Source of the DNA: the human T2T-CHM13v2.0 reference genome, Homo sapiens
Reading direction: 5' to 3' (one strand)
NCBI RefSeq assembly: GCF_009914755.1
Contig: NC_060941.1
DNA length: 64,000 nucleotides
Shown: piece by piece, positions 33,947 to 50,893 of the stretch
How positions within the stretch are numbered: the first letter of the stretch is position 1
Layout of the letters: each line of letters begins with the position of its first letter
Program-made: the position numbers and the translations under genes
Notes under the pieces: model-generated
Databases searched by the model: none
The model's input: the letters and a program-made list of their open reading frames with translations, nothing else
What the model was told of the DNA's origin: nothing

Positions 33947-34860
33947 GTACCATTATGACTCATTTACAATGGAGGAAATGAAAGCGCAGGGAGTTAAGTT
34001 ACTCGCCCAAGATTTCACGGCAGTCAGGTGGGAAACCAGATGGACACAGGTCATCCAACCCCACAACCTTTGCTCTTAAAATGTTATCATATGTAGGACT
34101 CATACAAATACCAAACACGAAGTGCGTGGGCTGCCCTGAGGGGTTCATATGGAAGAAACAACCAGTCACAGAGCGTGAGGAAGGAAAAGGTCCATTTGCG
34201 GCAGGGTATCAGCGTGCAGAATGGGGGCAGGACGCAGGAGGTTGGCCCTGATGAACAGACTGGTACCACTGAAGCCGAGCTCTGGAGGGGTCAGACTGCA
34301 GAGGGCCTGGAACACTATCCTGAATAGTCAGATTTCACGCACGCTGGGAGCCACGGATGCCAAAATGGCAAGGTGATTTCAGAGGTGACTTCAGGAAAAC
34401 GAAGCTGACTGTGGTGCATGAGATGATGTGGAACGGGGCAAACCGCCCCTCCGTGCTTTGTCAAAGGTGACCATGGTGGGAACCAAGGGCAAAGTCTGGC
34501 GATGGGAGAGTTGACTGAAAATGCGGCCACAGCAGGGTCCTCTGGGCTTGGAGGGCTGAGCGATGGACAGGAAGGGGGAGCTGGTTCCGGGGGAACAGAC
34601 CCTAAGTCCAGGTGGAGACATGTCTGGACTGAGAAGACTCATGGCCATCCCTGTCAGAAGATCCAACGGGCAGCCAGACAGCAGAGTCTGGACCACAGGT
34701 GTGGATCTGGGAGGCCGGCAACCCTGAACCAGGGAACTGGCCAGCGGAAGCGAGGCTGCCACTTCCCAGGTGCCACCTGTACCAGATCAGCCTGTCCGGG
34801 GCAATTTCAGCAGGGATGGTGGCTCAGATACAAAATCTACCACCTCACCTACAACAATAA

Positions 34861-35224
<364 letters not shown>

Positions 35225-35619
35225 TGAGCTGAGATCGCACCACAGCACTCCAGCCTGGGTGACAGAGTGAGACTGTCTCAAAGAAACAAGATGAGGATAA
35301 CGATACCATGTCACAGGGTGGTTGTGAAAATGACATTAAATAACATGATGTAGGTTAAAGAACTGGGCACAGTATCAGGGCAGAAGGGTCCTTGGGAAAG
35401 CTCAGCTGAAGCCGAGTGGGTGTTGTAGGCAACGGGAAAGTAGACACCTTCAGGGTCCAGGTGACCCCAGCTGATCCAGGAGATATTTAATACCATCGGG
35501 AGCCCCTCAGTCAGGGCCTGGCTCCAAGGGGAGGAATCCTGGAAACCAGCATCTTTCCCACGGGACAAGCCACCTCCTTCTCAGGGCCCCCCATTCTTTG
35601 ATTGATGGAGCAGAGGTTG

Positions 35620-35890
35620 GGGAGCCAGGACAGCTCAGTGGTCAAGGGCAGAGGCTTTGGAATCACACTCGGGTTCCATTCCTGAGATTAGCACTTCGGG
35701 AATGTGACCTTAGCCATGTGACCTTGGGCAAGCTACTTAGCCATTCAGAGCCTCAGTTTTCTCATCTCTAAAATGAGGATAAAAACAAGATCTATACCTC
35801 ATGAAGCTTTTGCGAGGTTACAATGAGGAAATATATGCTATGCAAGGCACCCAAAGCTGGCGCTAACAAAACGGCAGCTATTATCATTAT
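35620..35890 (+). mobile_element. MIR (similar fragments near 10730-10850, 14415-14550, 44040-44250, 45230-45420, 50890-51400)
   Basis: MIR core tgtgaccttgggcaag...cctcagttttctcatct.taaaatgaggataa. Confidence 0.75.
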
Positions 35891-35983
35891 TCCCCTGCTC
35901 TCCTTCCTGAGTACCAAGAACCCTTAGGGACCTCCCAGCCCTTAAAAAACAAACCAGGGCTTTGGCAATTTGCAGTGAGTTAA

Positions 35984-36560
<577 letters not shown>

Positions 36561-36604
36561 GACAGGGACACTGAAGTGAGCGTCTTTACAACCAAATGGA
36601 ACTA

Positions 36605-36892
<288 letters not shown>

Positions 36893-37248
36893 TCAAAAAA
36901 AAAAAAAAAATACTCTGAAGCAGCCTATGAAGCCATCAGCCAGGCGCGTGATCAATTCAGCCAGCACAGGGAAGGCTGCCCGGAAGAGGCAGGGCTTGTC
37001 CTCAGTCTTGGGGACTGTGGGATTCGCTGGGGAAGAGAAGACAAGACGGACGGAAAGGGCTTTGCTCTGATTGTGAACCACAGACAGGCAGGGGTGGGTG
37101 GGGGTCGGCCCCTGTCTCATTCACTCAGGACCCTCGGCCTGGCCTGTAGCAGCCACTGGGAGCACAGACAGCGCCACCCTCACCCCGAGGCCTGGAGCCC
37201 CTCATTAGCCCAGCAAAGCGGCAACTGGAGGCCGGGCAGAGGCTGTGG

Positions 37249-37795
37249 GGCAGCTCACTCCTGGGAGGAAGCTCACTCCTGGGGGACAGCTCGCTCCTGG
37301 GGGACAGCTCATTCCTGGGGACAGCTCGCTCCTGGGGGACAGCTCATTCCTGGGGGGCAGCTCGCTCCTGGGGGGCAGCTCGCTCCTGGGGGACAGCTCA
37401 TTCCTGGGGGACAGCTCGCTCCTGGGGGGCAGCTCGCTCCTGGGGGACAGCTCATTCCTGGGGGGCAGCTCGCTCCTGGGGGACAGCTCGCTCCTGGGGG
37501 ACAGCTCGCTCCTGGGGGGCAGCTCGCTCCTGGGGGACAGCTCATTCCTGGGGGACAGCTCGCTCCTGGGGGACAGCTCGCTCCTGGGGGACAGCTCGCT
37601 CCTGGGGGACAGCTCATTCCTGGGGGACAGCTCGCTCCTGGGGGACAGCTCGCTCCTGGGGGGCAGCTCGCTCCTGGGGGACAGCTCATTCCTGGGGGAC
37701 AGCTCGCTCCTGGGGGGCAGCTCATTCCTGGGGGGCAGCTCGCTCCTGGGGGGCAGCTCGCTCCTGGGGGACAGCTCGCTCCTGGGGGACAGCTG
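37249..37795. repeat. 18 bp G-rich VNTR, about 30 copies
   Basis: Unit (a/g)cagctc(gc/at)tcctggggg; explains the GGQLAP / SCPPGA periodic ORFs. Confidence 0.98.
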
Positions 37796-38857
37796 CTGTT
37801 GCAGGAGTTGTTTGCTCCGGCTCTGCCTCCACTGCTGGGAACAGACTCGAGGCCCCACCATGGGCGGGTGTTATGGCCTCTCTGGTTGCCATGGAGATGA
37901 AATCCAATCATCCACCTCCAAGATCCTTGGAAGAGGGAGGCAGAGACCGTAGCCGCCTGGAGAAGTGGCCGCCTGGAGAAGCTCAGGGCTCCACAGCCTG
38001 AGACAAAGGAATCATAGTTCTTGGACATCAAGGGCAGAGGCTGAGGCCCAGGGTGTCAGGGTGGCCAGCAGCCCTGGGCAGAGAAGCGCATGTGGCTTCA
38101 CCAGTCTCCAGCTCTTGGGGATGGATGGGACATGCTGAGTATTATCTGCGCAGTGTTTTACACGGTGAGCCCACGGCCAGGATCTCATTTCATCCCCACA
38201 GCCCAGGGAGGTTGTCAAAGTAGCTATGAATGGCCCCCTTTGACACGGGGGAAAACTGAGGCTTCTGAGTCTCATCCAAGGCCACCTGGCTGAGAAACAG
38301 CTGAGCCACAGATTAAAGCTACTCTTTGCACCAAGGCCATTGTTTCCTGCGATTTGACAAAATCCCCCCACCTTGGCAGAGGGAACTAAAATTCCTCATC
38401 TCTCTGTAGGAAAGACAGTTATGTGCCCACCGAACATAGAGGAATCATATTGCAGACGGGCCGTATAACCTTGCCATGATACGACGAAAGCTGACGGCAT
38501 GTGTACGCAAGCAACAGCCACTCAACAAACATCTCCTAAGCTATCACACACCAGATGCAGGGGCGGGCACAGACTCCAGCACCCCCAGCTCCGTTACGAG
38601 TCGCCCATGGAAAGGCAACGGGATTCAACGAGGTGGGCATGGGGCCAGGAGGCAGATCTGGGTCCCGCGTCCAGACCTAATCTCTAGGTGCCGCCACTTC
38701 CTTATCTGTAAAATGGGCAAGACACAGCTGCCCTGCGCAGTTCACAGGGCTGCCCCTGTGGAGTGACAAGAGATACCAGATAAAAAGAGCATTTCACAAA
38801 CAATAACGCGTTCAGTCAATCAGGCAAAAAAAAAAAAGGGGGCAGGGGCCAGGCTCA

Positions 38858-39043
<186 letters not shown>

Positions 39044-40496
39044 TCACCTGAGGTCAGGAGTTTGAGACCAACATGGTGAAACCCTATCTCTGCTAAAAAT
39101 ACAAAAATTAGCTGGGTGTGTGGCGGGCCCCTGTAATTCCAGCTACTCGGGAGGCTGTGGCAGGAGAATCACTTGAACCCAGGAGGTGGAGGTTGCAGTA
39201 GGCCAGATGGTGCCACGGCACTCCAGCCTGGGTGACAGAGTGAGACTCTGTCTCAAAAAAAATAAATAAATAAAAATAAAGGAAAAAAAGAAAGAAAATA
39301 AATCCTCTACAAAGAAAGCAAGTCTGAGTTCGTTTGGGTTATCGGTATATTCTGTCTTCCCCGCGAGGTGGTGGCCCTCTTCTGCTCACTGCCTGTTATT
39401 TGTGGCGCCCAGGACAGGACTCACGCAGAGCCAATGCTCAGTAACTGCTGGCTGAGTGATACGATCTCCTAATAATCCTCCTCATCTCTTCCCATAACAA
39501 CCAATTCAATTATTTAGGGTCTGGGGGCCAGGAAGTCCTTCTGACAAATCCCATAGGAGTTCTAACCCTTATTAGAGTTAACAGCTTCAGCCTACTTCCT
39601 GCTTCCCCTCCGAACCTCCTCAAGAATTGATAACAAGTAATAATCCTGGGCTGATTTGATTTAAGGCTCTGCTCTTCCTCCTGTCTTTCCCTGTGGGAAA
39701 TGCCACTCAGCCCCAGAGCTGCAGAAGGCGGGTGGCCAGGAGGCGATGACCTGGGAGGACCTTTCAATCCAACGGTGCTCACCACCTGCCTGGGATGGCC
39801 TCCTCGGAGCCCCCCTCCCATCTATGGCTTTGTAAGTCCTTAGGGTATTTATGAAAAATTAAATGACAATCTAGTGCTGAGAAGTAGGAAGAGGCAATTC
39901 AGAGAACAGACAAGTAATGCCAGGTCCAGAGAGGCCAGCAAGACTCTCAAAGCAGCCCTGCAGGGTGGCAGCAGCCAGGACCAGGATGCACGACCCCTGC
40001 CTTCCACCCCAGGGTGCCCTTCAATCCCAGAGCCACGCAGCTCCGGGCTCCTGCCCCTGTCCGCAGAAGTCGCCCAAGGCGTCCACTTGCACCCCTTCAC
40101 ACATACACCTGCAGAAGCAGCCGCACCTCTGCCCAGTGCTGCTGGGTGGCCACGTTCACTGGCCTTCGGCTCAAAATGCTGGCTCTCCACCCAGAGCCTT
40201 CCTGGGCCTTAAACATAATTCTACTGTTGAACTGGGCTGTCACAGAGTGCCTCAAAAGTCACCTCCTTCTCCCCACTCCCAGCTCCAGAGCACCGGTGAC
40301 TGTGACTTCCACTTCCAATGTCTTGTGTCATTCAAGGAGGGCAGGTAAGAGGACGTGCCCAGGTTAGCCTCTTCCTTGGACATTCGACGTCACCATTCCT
40401 CCAGAGTGGTGCAAAGCTAGGTGTGCGCGGAGCTGGGGAAGGGCAAAAGCCCAGCCAGCTTGTCTCTGCTTGTTTCTATCCACGCAGGCACATGGA

Positions 40497-40538
<42 letters not shown>
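40497..40538. repeat. (CA)n microsatellite
   Basis: About 20 uninterrupted CA units. Confidence 0.95.
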
Positions 40539-40539
<1 letters not shown>

Positions 40540-40829
40540 CACATCACATCCTTGTGGCCCCACCACCTCTGGCCCCCACACTCCATTCAGCCCCCGGCCT
40601 CTCTGCTGCCATAAGCACCCTCCTACCAGCAAGCACAGCCATCACTTGGAGGCTGTGGTCCTGAGCTCTGGCTTCCCCAAAGGTGAAACGGAATGATAGG
40701 ATTGTTGTGGGGATTCCATGAGATGACGTCTGTAAACAGCTCAGCACAGTGCGGGGCACATGAAGATGACCATGATTCTGCCACTTCCCCTAGAAGTCAG
40801 TTACACCCAAGTCCCTTCAGTGCCCAGAC

Positions 40830-41150
40830 ACCTGCCACCATGCCACCACTGCCACATGACACCACTGCCACCACTGCCACATGCCACCACTGCCACCAGG
40901 CCACCACTGCCACACGACACCACTGCCACCATGCCACCACTGCCACTACTGCCACCATTGCCACACGACACCACTGCCACCACTGCCACATGACACCACT
41001 GCCACCAGGCCACCACTGCCACCATGCCACCACTGCCACCAGGCCACCACTGCCACACGACACCACTGCCACCAGGCCACCACTGCCACCACTGCCACCA
41101 TTGCCACATGACACCACTGCCGCCACTGCCACCATGACACCACTGCCCTG
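40830..41150. repeat. Low-complexity CCACTG/CCACCA compound repeat
   Basis: Mosaic of ccactg, ccacca, catgaca and caggcca words. Confidence 0.9.
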
Positions 41151-42359
41151 GCCACAGAGCAGGCTCAAGGGCCTTCATCCTTCACATAAGCCACCTGCCA
41201 CTATGTGGTCAACACGACCAGTGCCCAGCAATATCCCCATCCTCCTGTCTTTCTGGGCACATGGAAGGCCGTACTGTCTGGCCACTTGGCAGTCCCTGGG
41301 CAGGGCCAGGTGCTCAGTCCTGGCTAACAAACTGTAAGTGGACATGACAAGTATCATTTCACGGCTGAACAGTGAAAAATTACACACAGCTCTTTCTCCC
41401 TTTCTCCTCCCTCTGTGACCCTTGGAGGCCACATATTCCAAATGGTGCAGTCTCCATCAGGCTGGGTCCCGGCATGACCACGGGGAGCAGAGCCCCCCGT
41501 CTACCAGGACCACTGTGAGCAAGCAGCAGCTTGCTTGTGTTAAGTGATGAGGATTTCAGCAGTAATTTGTGGGGGGTTTTGGTTGTTTTTTTTTTTTTTG
41601 ACACAGAGTCTCACTCTGTCGCCCAGCCTGGAGTGCAGTGGCACAATCTCGGCTCACTGCAACCTCTGCCTCCTGAGTTCAAGTGAGTCTCCTGCCTCAG
41701 CCTCCTGAGTAGCTGGGATTACAGTCACCCACTACCACACTCAGCTAATTTTTATATTTTTAGTAGAGATGGGATTTCCCAATGTTGGCCAGGCTGGTCT
41801 CAAACTCCTGACCTCAGGTGACCCACCCGCCTCAGCCTCCCAAAGTGCCGGGATTAGTGTGAGCTACCACGCCCGGCCTTCAGCATTAATTTGGTTCTAC
41901 GGCATGACCGGCTACCCTAACACCCTGCTCCCACTCAGCCCTTCCATGTATGCTCAGAAGGCCAACCCCAGCCTCACGGAAGCTCCACACACACTTCCCA
42001 ACACAGCACCTGACAGTCCTTTCTCCTAACCCCACCCACGCCAGCCTCATGGCAAGCTGCAGCCGCCCTTTTCCCATTCAGGAGAGAAGCAGAAACCCAG
42101 CACCCTCTTCTGGGGAAAGACGGGAAAGCAAGGTGGAATGTCTTCCAGCAAGTAAGTAAGTGCCAGGAGCACCAACGGCTTAGTGTTGGGTAGAAGCTGG
42201 CACCTGAGGGCCACGCCTTCCCAGCCAGCATGATGGCCCCAGGCTGGTCAATGACCCACCCACTCTCCCCAGGCTGGTCAATGGGCCCACCCCACGGTAA
42301 GCTTCAAGGATGGCCTGCTTGCTGCTGATGAGTGAAGTAAGCCCAAAGGTTGTCGGGGA

Positions 42360-43435
<1,076 letters not shown>

Positions 43436-44375
43436 TAATTTAAAAAAATAGAATAAAATCTAAATTTAAAAAAAAAGTAGACAGGAAAGGAGTAATACCA
43501 GGGACAGAGACCCCCCCATGGGTATCGACAGGAGGCCAGGGGGCTGAACCAGGCCTGGAGCCCACCCAGCTTCTGAAGAGGGGTTGGGAGTCACCTTCTG
43601 AATTACAAAGGAAGATCCCACCTCCAGAATTCATTTCTGGTTTTAGTTTTTTTTTTTTTTTTTGAGACAGAATCTCACTCTGTCACCCAGGCTGGAGTGC
43701 GGTGGTGTGATCTCAGCAACTTCCACCTCCCGGGTTCAAGAGATTCTCCTGTCTCAGCCTCCCGAGTAGGTGGGATTACAGGCATGCACCACCACACCCA
43801 GCTAATTTTTGTATTTTTAGTAGAGATGGGGTTTCACCATGTTGGCCAGCTGGTCTCGAACTCCTGACCTCAGGTGATCTACCCACCTTAGCCTCTCAAA
43901 GTGCTGGGGTTACAGGCGTGAGCCACTGTGCCCGGCCCAGAGCTCATTTCTGTTTTGCCGCCAACTCCCTGGCACAAGACGAGCTCAGCTCGGCCATAGG
44001 TAGGGGTTGCCGGGCACCTGTCAGCTCCAAATGCCAGGAGCCAGGCTCTCCGAATTCCACTCCCAGTTTTAGCTGTGTGTCCTGGGGCAAGTTGCTTCAT
44101 CTCTCTGTGCTTTAGTGTCCTCATTTGTCAAATGAAGATAATAACATAACAACATCATCCCATGCAGCTTTTGTGACAGTTGAATGAGTTAGTCCAGGCG
44201 AAGTTCTAAGAACAGGGCCTGGCACGTGGTATAACGTTAGTGGCTGTTATTGTCGTCACTGACGTTGTCACTGCTGTTGTCCCTGTTGTTATGATTTCTC
44301 CCCATAGTCCCGGCCTGGGAGAGACACCGAGAGGAAGGCCAGCTTGCCCGGTGTCTTCTCAAGGGCTGACACACT

Positions 44376-44625
44376 TCTCAAAGCGCTGAGATTACAGACG
44401 TGAGCCACCGCGCCCGGCCTGTGTCAGAATTTTTTTTGTTACCCACCTGACAAAGCTCTTCATCTTGCTAAAGATAACAGAGCACTTGGCCAAGCCAGCG
44501 CGATGTCTGCACTCAGATCTCCTCTCTCATCTTTTGCCCACAATGGGAAAGGAGGTAAGAAGTCTGTGTTCCGGGTGTGCTGAGCACTTGCTGTGTGCTG
44601 GGAGTTGCGGTAGACACTGTCCTGT
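44376..44625 (-). repeat. Left arm of a 250 bp inverted duplication (partner 46824-47073)
   Basis: Manual alignment to the reverse complement of 46824-47073: about 23 mismatches in about 247 nt, no gaps seen. Confidence 0.95.
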
Positions 44626-46039
44626 ATGATTCCACTCTGAAGAGGTGCTCAGAGCAGTCAGATTCGTCCAGACACAAAGAGGAGGGTGGTGGCCAGGAGC
44701 TGCAAGCAGCGGCACACGTGTGGGCAATACACAGGTTGCCCAAGCGCCGAGAGAGGCCCAGGAGGACGGGCCCCGGGCATGGCAAGCGCACTGCCCCCTC
44801 TCACTCCTCCGGCGGCCGCCGTCCACTCCCAGTCCTAGATCTGAGCTCCTTCCTGGGAGTCCAGGGCCCTTCACAAGTTTGGGTGAACAATCCCGGTACA
44901 CGGTCTGTGGTAACATCCTGCACGGCTCTAAACCAGAGGCAACAGGGCACCCCACCCACTGGGAACCACGCGAGCAGGGAGGGACGAAGGGAGGAGCATC
45001 ACGCACACAGACGCCGGACTCCCTAGGTTCTGCAAACCCAGCCATCAACACACAGAGGCCCACGAGCCCATTCCTGAGCCTCCCTCCCTTGCTGAGCTAC
45101 TGGTGCGCGTATGTGTGCATATATATACACATGTGCACACACACACTCCTGGGGGTGAGGAGGTCACGTATGCAACTTGCTGTCATCTTTCTAAAAGGTA
45201 AGAATGGAGGCAGGAGAACATTTGATTCAGAGCTCATGCTCTGCAGCCAGACTGACTGGGTCTGAATCACAGGCTCCACCCCTTACCAGCTGTGTGACCT
45301 TGGGCAAGTCACATAACCTCTCTGTGCCTCTGTTTTACCTTCAACATGGAGTAACAGTAGCACCCAAGTTCACAGGGTTTCTGTGAGGATGAAACGAGTA
45401 AACATCTAAAGCACACCGAAGAGAGGATTAGTTCCTATTACCACACCTCAGAAGCTCAGCAAGTCAGATCTCATGACTGCCAGGCTCTCACAGAGGCCCT
45501 GGTTCCCCTCTGGCTCTACGTCTTATTTCCCTGGACCAGTTCCCTAAAGCCCTGTCTGCTGAGAACTCATCTGACAATTCATCCTAATCCCTAGAGGGCC
45601 CCAAGCAAAAATCCCAAGCTCAGTTCCTGCACCCAGGCTAGGCTTGGTCAGTGTCCAGCCCTGCCCTCCCCAACTGCTTCCTGGGCGTGACACCCTCAAC
45701 GCCCCCACCTCTCTCATTCTGCCATTTAGAAACCACAAAGGGCCTCGGTCAGCCACTCCCCACCTCAAAGCCGCGTTCTTCCCTGCGGAGAGATTGTCAT
45801 GGTTTTTCCAGCAAGGGATGGACAAGTGTGTTTCTTCACAGGACATCCTGAGAATGCCTGATTCTGGGGATGGCTGACATCCTACAGAGCCCTGGACAGG
45901 AAGCCCAAGGATTTAGGTTGAACCCTTTTTGGGCAGGTCACTTCAACTCTCTGGCTGCCCGATCCGGCTCTTCTGCAAAACAGGAACATCACTGCCTCCT
46001 CCCCAAGTGAGGGAGAGGATACAATAGAAAGACAGGACA

Positions 46040-46517
46040 TCCATCCCGGCTAACACGAGGAAACTCCGTCTCTACTAAAAATACAAAAAAGTTAGCCGGG
46101 CGTGGTGATGAGCGCCTGTAGTCCCAGCACTTTGGGAGGCCGAAGCAGGTGGATCACGAGGTCAGGAGATCGAGACCATCCTGGCTAACACGGGGAAACC
46201 CCGCCTCTACTAAAAATACAAAAAAGTTAGCCAGGCGTGGTGGTGAGCACCTGTAGTCCCAGCACTTTGGGAGGCCAAAGCAGGTGGATCACGAGGTCAG
46301 GAGATCGAGACCATCCTGGCTAACACGGGGAAACCCCGTCTCTACTAAAAATACAAAAAAGTTAGCTAGGTGTGGTGGCAGGTGCCTGTAGTCCCATCTA
46401 CTCGGGAGGCTGAGGCAGGAGAATGGCGTGAACCTAGAGCTTGCAGTGAGCCGAGATCGCGCCACTGCACTCCAGCCTGGGCTACAGAGCGAGACTCTGT
46501 CTCAAAAAAAAAAAAAA
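46040..46517 (+). mobile_element. 5'-truncated AluY-like element with about 135 bp internal tandem duplications
   Basis: ggctaacacg.ggaaa...aaaaaagttagc occurs three times at about 135-bp spacing; AluY-type gagatcgagaccatcctggctaacacg. Confidence 0.85.
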
Positions 46518-46526
46518 GACAGGACA

Positions 46527-46822
<296 letters not shown>

Positions 46823-46823
46823 G

Positions 46824-47160
<337 letters not shown>

Positions 47161-47580
47161 TTAGCCAGGCATGGTGGTGCACGCCTGTAGTCCCAGCTAC
47201 TTGGGCTGAGGCAGGAGAATCGCCTGAACCAATGAGCCGAGATTGCACCATTGCACTCCAGCCTGAGCAACAAGAGTGAAACTCCGTTAAAAAAAAAATT
47301 TTTGACACAGCCTGGGCAGGTTTAATCAGCTGTGATCCAGAGCCGCCCTCTGTTCTGGGAGATGGGGACCAGTCTGGACCCCTTTCTTGCCCCATCATCA
47401 GGTGCACTTGGTCAAATCCCCACCATACCCCTTCCCCCACAACTAGGCAGAAGGACCAAGGAAGGCCCCCTGACACTACATGGGCCTGGCGTGGCCCCCT
47501 GTGTCCCTCAGTCATACCCCCCAGCCTGGCCAATGCCCAGATGGCTTTTGGGACAGTGCCCATCATGCCCCCCAGCAGAT

Positions 47581-48015
47581 GGCACACCTGCGGGAGGGCT
47601 GGGGATCCAGGCACACCTGCGGGAGGGCTGGGGGTCCAGGCACACCTGCGGGAGGGCTAGGGATCCAGGCACACCTGCGGGAGGGCTGGGGGTCCAGGCA
47701 CACCTACGGGAGGGCTGGGGGTCCAGGCACACCTGCGGGGAGGGCTGGGGACCCAGGCACACCTGCGGGAGGGCTGGGGGTCCAGGCACACCTGCGGGAG
47801 GGCTGGGGACCCAGGCACACCTGCGGGAGGGCTGGGGGTCCAGGCACACCTACGGGAGGGCTGGGGACCCAGGCACACCTGCGGGAGGGCTGGGGGTCCA
47901 GGCACACCTGCGGGAGGGCTGGGGGTCCAGGCACACCTGCGGGAGGGCTGGGGGTCCAGGCACACCTGCGGGAGGGCTGGGGGTCCAGGCACACCTACGG
48001 GAGGGCTGGGTCCAG
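47581..48015. repeat. 29 bp G-rich VNTR, about 15 copies
   Basis: Unit ggcacacct(g/a)cgggagggctgggg(gt/a)cca. Confidence 0.98.
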
Positions 48016-49399
48016 GTCTACCGAACCTGTCAGCCTGTCACACGCATCACATGGTGAGAAAACCTCGCCCGGCAACCATCTCATCCTTCTCACTGGTTTG
48101 AAGCCTGGTGGTCACCATAGCAACAGGCTCCCGCTCCAGCCTGCCAGGCGGGGCTGATGCAATTCTCGGCAGCGAGCAGCTCCAACTCAGCTCACATGGC
48201 TCTGCTCCCACTCGGGGGCGGGCGCGTGGGAGGACCAACGAAGAGGGAGGAGGTGGGCACGCAGCCCACAGAAATCTCAGCTTCCCCCAGTTCTGCTCCG
48301 AGGACTGGGTCTAAGGGACGAGGGCCAGGAACTGAGCAGCGGGTTCACCTCCCAGGTCCTTCATGATCCTGGTGTCCCTGCCGCGGCTGCCACTTCTGGG
48401 AGATTCATCTCTAAGGCCTCAGGGGACCTGGGGGATCGGGAGACAGGCTGTACCATGGCGTCTCCACCACCACACGGTCCCCTCCCCGCCTGCACCCCAC
48501 AAGCTGGGCACCCCCACTTCCCGGGGCCCACGGGCAGCCCGGACCTTCAGAATTCAACAGGTGCAGCTTACAGTTCCCGTCCCGTGGTGCTGCCTGCCCT
48601 GGTTGCATTAAAGTGCTCATAAAGCCCAGAATCCTCCTGCAAACCAAAATATCTCCATGGTGCCGGCCAGCCCCTTCCTCCCAGCTTTCCATCCCACTCC
48701 ACAAGGGTGTCTGGCTGCCCTGGGGAGTGTTACCTCCTCTGCACGGAAGGCACACTAGCTGAGAGCCCGTTCAAGCATCCACATCCCCCAATTTCATGGA
48801 ACGAGCACACAGAAAGGATGGGGGTCACCTCGTCCTGCCTGCCCGCCCACCCCCCACACACTGCGGACACAGGGAAGGAAGCCACAGGACAAGAGCTTGG
48901 CAATGCCGTGTCCTCAGGGCTCCGGCGCCTACCCATGGATGTAGTGCTCGCCCTCCCAAGGCCGGTGTCCTGGTGACGATGCCACTAGTGCCAAGAATGC
49001 TTCCCTCCTGCAGGCCCCGCTCCCTTCCCCATTCCAGCAGCCACTTCCCACCCTGCATTTGTTCCCTCCTACCTGGCCCTCACCAAGGCATCCACCCAAT
49101 CCTGGCGGGGCCTCAGCACAAACAGGGCCTGCTCTGGGACCGTGCCTCCTGCCAGGACGCTGTGCCAGGAGGAGGGATCTGCAGATCCCTTCCCGGGCGC
49201 CCTGGGGGCCAGCCAGTCACACTGGGCCCTCTCTGTGGTCGCCTCGATGCCTGTGGGAAGTGATTAGCTCTGAGGCCACTTGAGAGATGGTGTTCAGCTC
49301 TGGGATGTCCCAGCAATGTGTACTATGGGAGCCTCCAGGATGACTGGAGCAGATGGGCAAAGAAGGTAAACTGTCAGGCTGGGGGCATCTTTCCAGACA

Positions 49400-49870
49400 C
49401 ACAGATCCACGGAGTCACGTTGAGTGAGTCCAGAAAGGAACCCACATATCTATGGTCGACGGATTGTCAACAAGGGCACCAAGACCCTTCATGGGGAAAG
49501 AAGAATCTTTTCACCAAATGGTGCTGGGACAACCAGATTGCCACATGTAAAAGTTGAACTTTTACTTTCTACCATATTCAAAAAATAACTCTAAATGGAT
49601 CAAAGACCTAAATGTAACAGCTAAAGCTAAACAACATGTAGAAGAAAACCTGGGGGTAGATCTTCATGGTCTTGGACTTGGCAAAGGATTCTTACATACG
49701 ACACCAGAAGCACAAGCAACAGAGAGCACGGGGGAACCACACGTCATCAATGAACACTTCTTTGCTTCAAAGGACCCCATCAAGAAAGTGAAAAGACAAT
49801 GTGCAGAGGGGAAGAAAACATATCTAGACTATATTTTAAAAATCTTACAACTCAACGATAAAAAGACATC
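49400..49870 (+). mobile_element. L1M ORF2 fragment (decayed)
   Basis: Peptides WGKKNLFTKWCWDNQIATCK and NSKWIKDLNV...KGFL...ASKDPIKKVKRQ are characteristic of the L1 ORF2 C-terminal region; frameshifted. Confidence 0.88.
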
Positions 49871-49891
49871 TAGGCCGGCCGCAGTGGCTCA

Positions 49892-50319
<428 letters not shown>

Positions 50320-50593
50320 TCAGACACCCATGCCCACCAGCCTACACCAGAGGGCAGACGGGTATCTAAGGGGCACATGCTGTGGGGAAGAGCCTAGGCC
50401 TCCGGCTGCAGGGGGCTCATGAGGAGCCATTCTGAGGACTGAGCCTTTGTTGAGAGGGAACCTGGGGCCAGGTGGCTGCTCCCTTCACATGGGCGACAGT
50501 GTCCAGTGAGAAAATAAACCTCTTTTCATGTGAAGAAAAAAAAAAGGCCTCTCCTGAGTTCCTGGCTGGGTAGCCGGGTAGACGGCAGAGCTA

Positions 50594-50893
<300 letters not shown>

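Noticed and set aside
37073-38031. GGQLAP and CPPG repeat ORFs resembling elastin, mucin or collagen
   Set aside because: Product of an 18-bp VNTR open on both strands; the flanks have no coding character.
40693-41337. His/Thr/Pro-rich ORFs
   Set aside because: Translation of the CCACTG low-complexity repeat.
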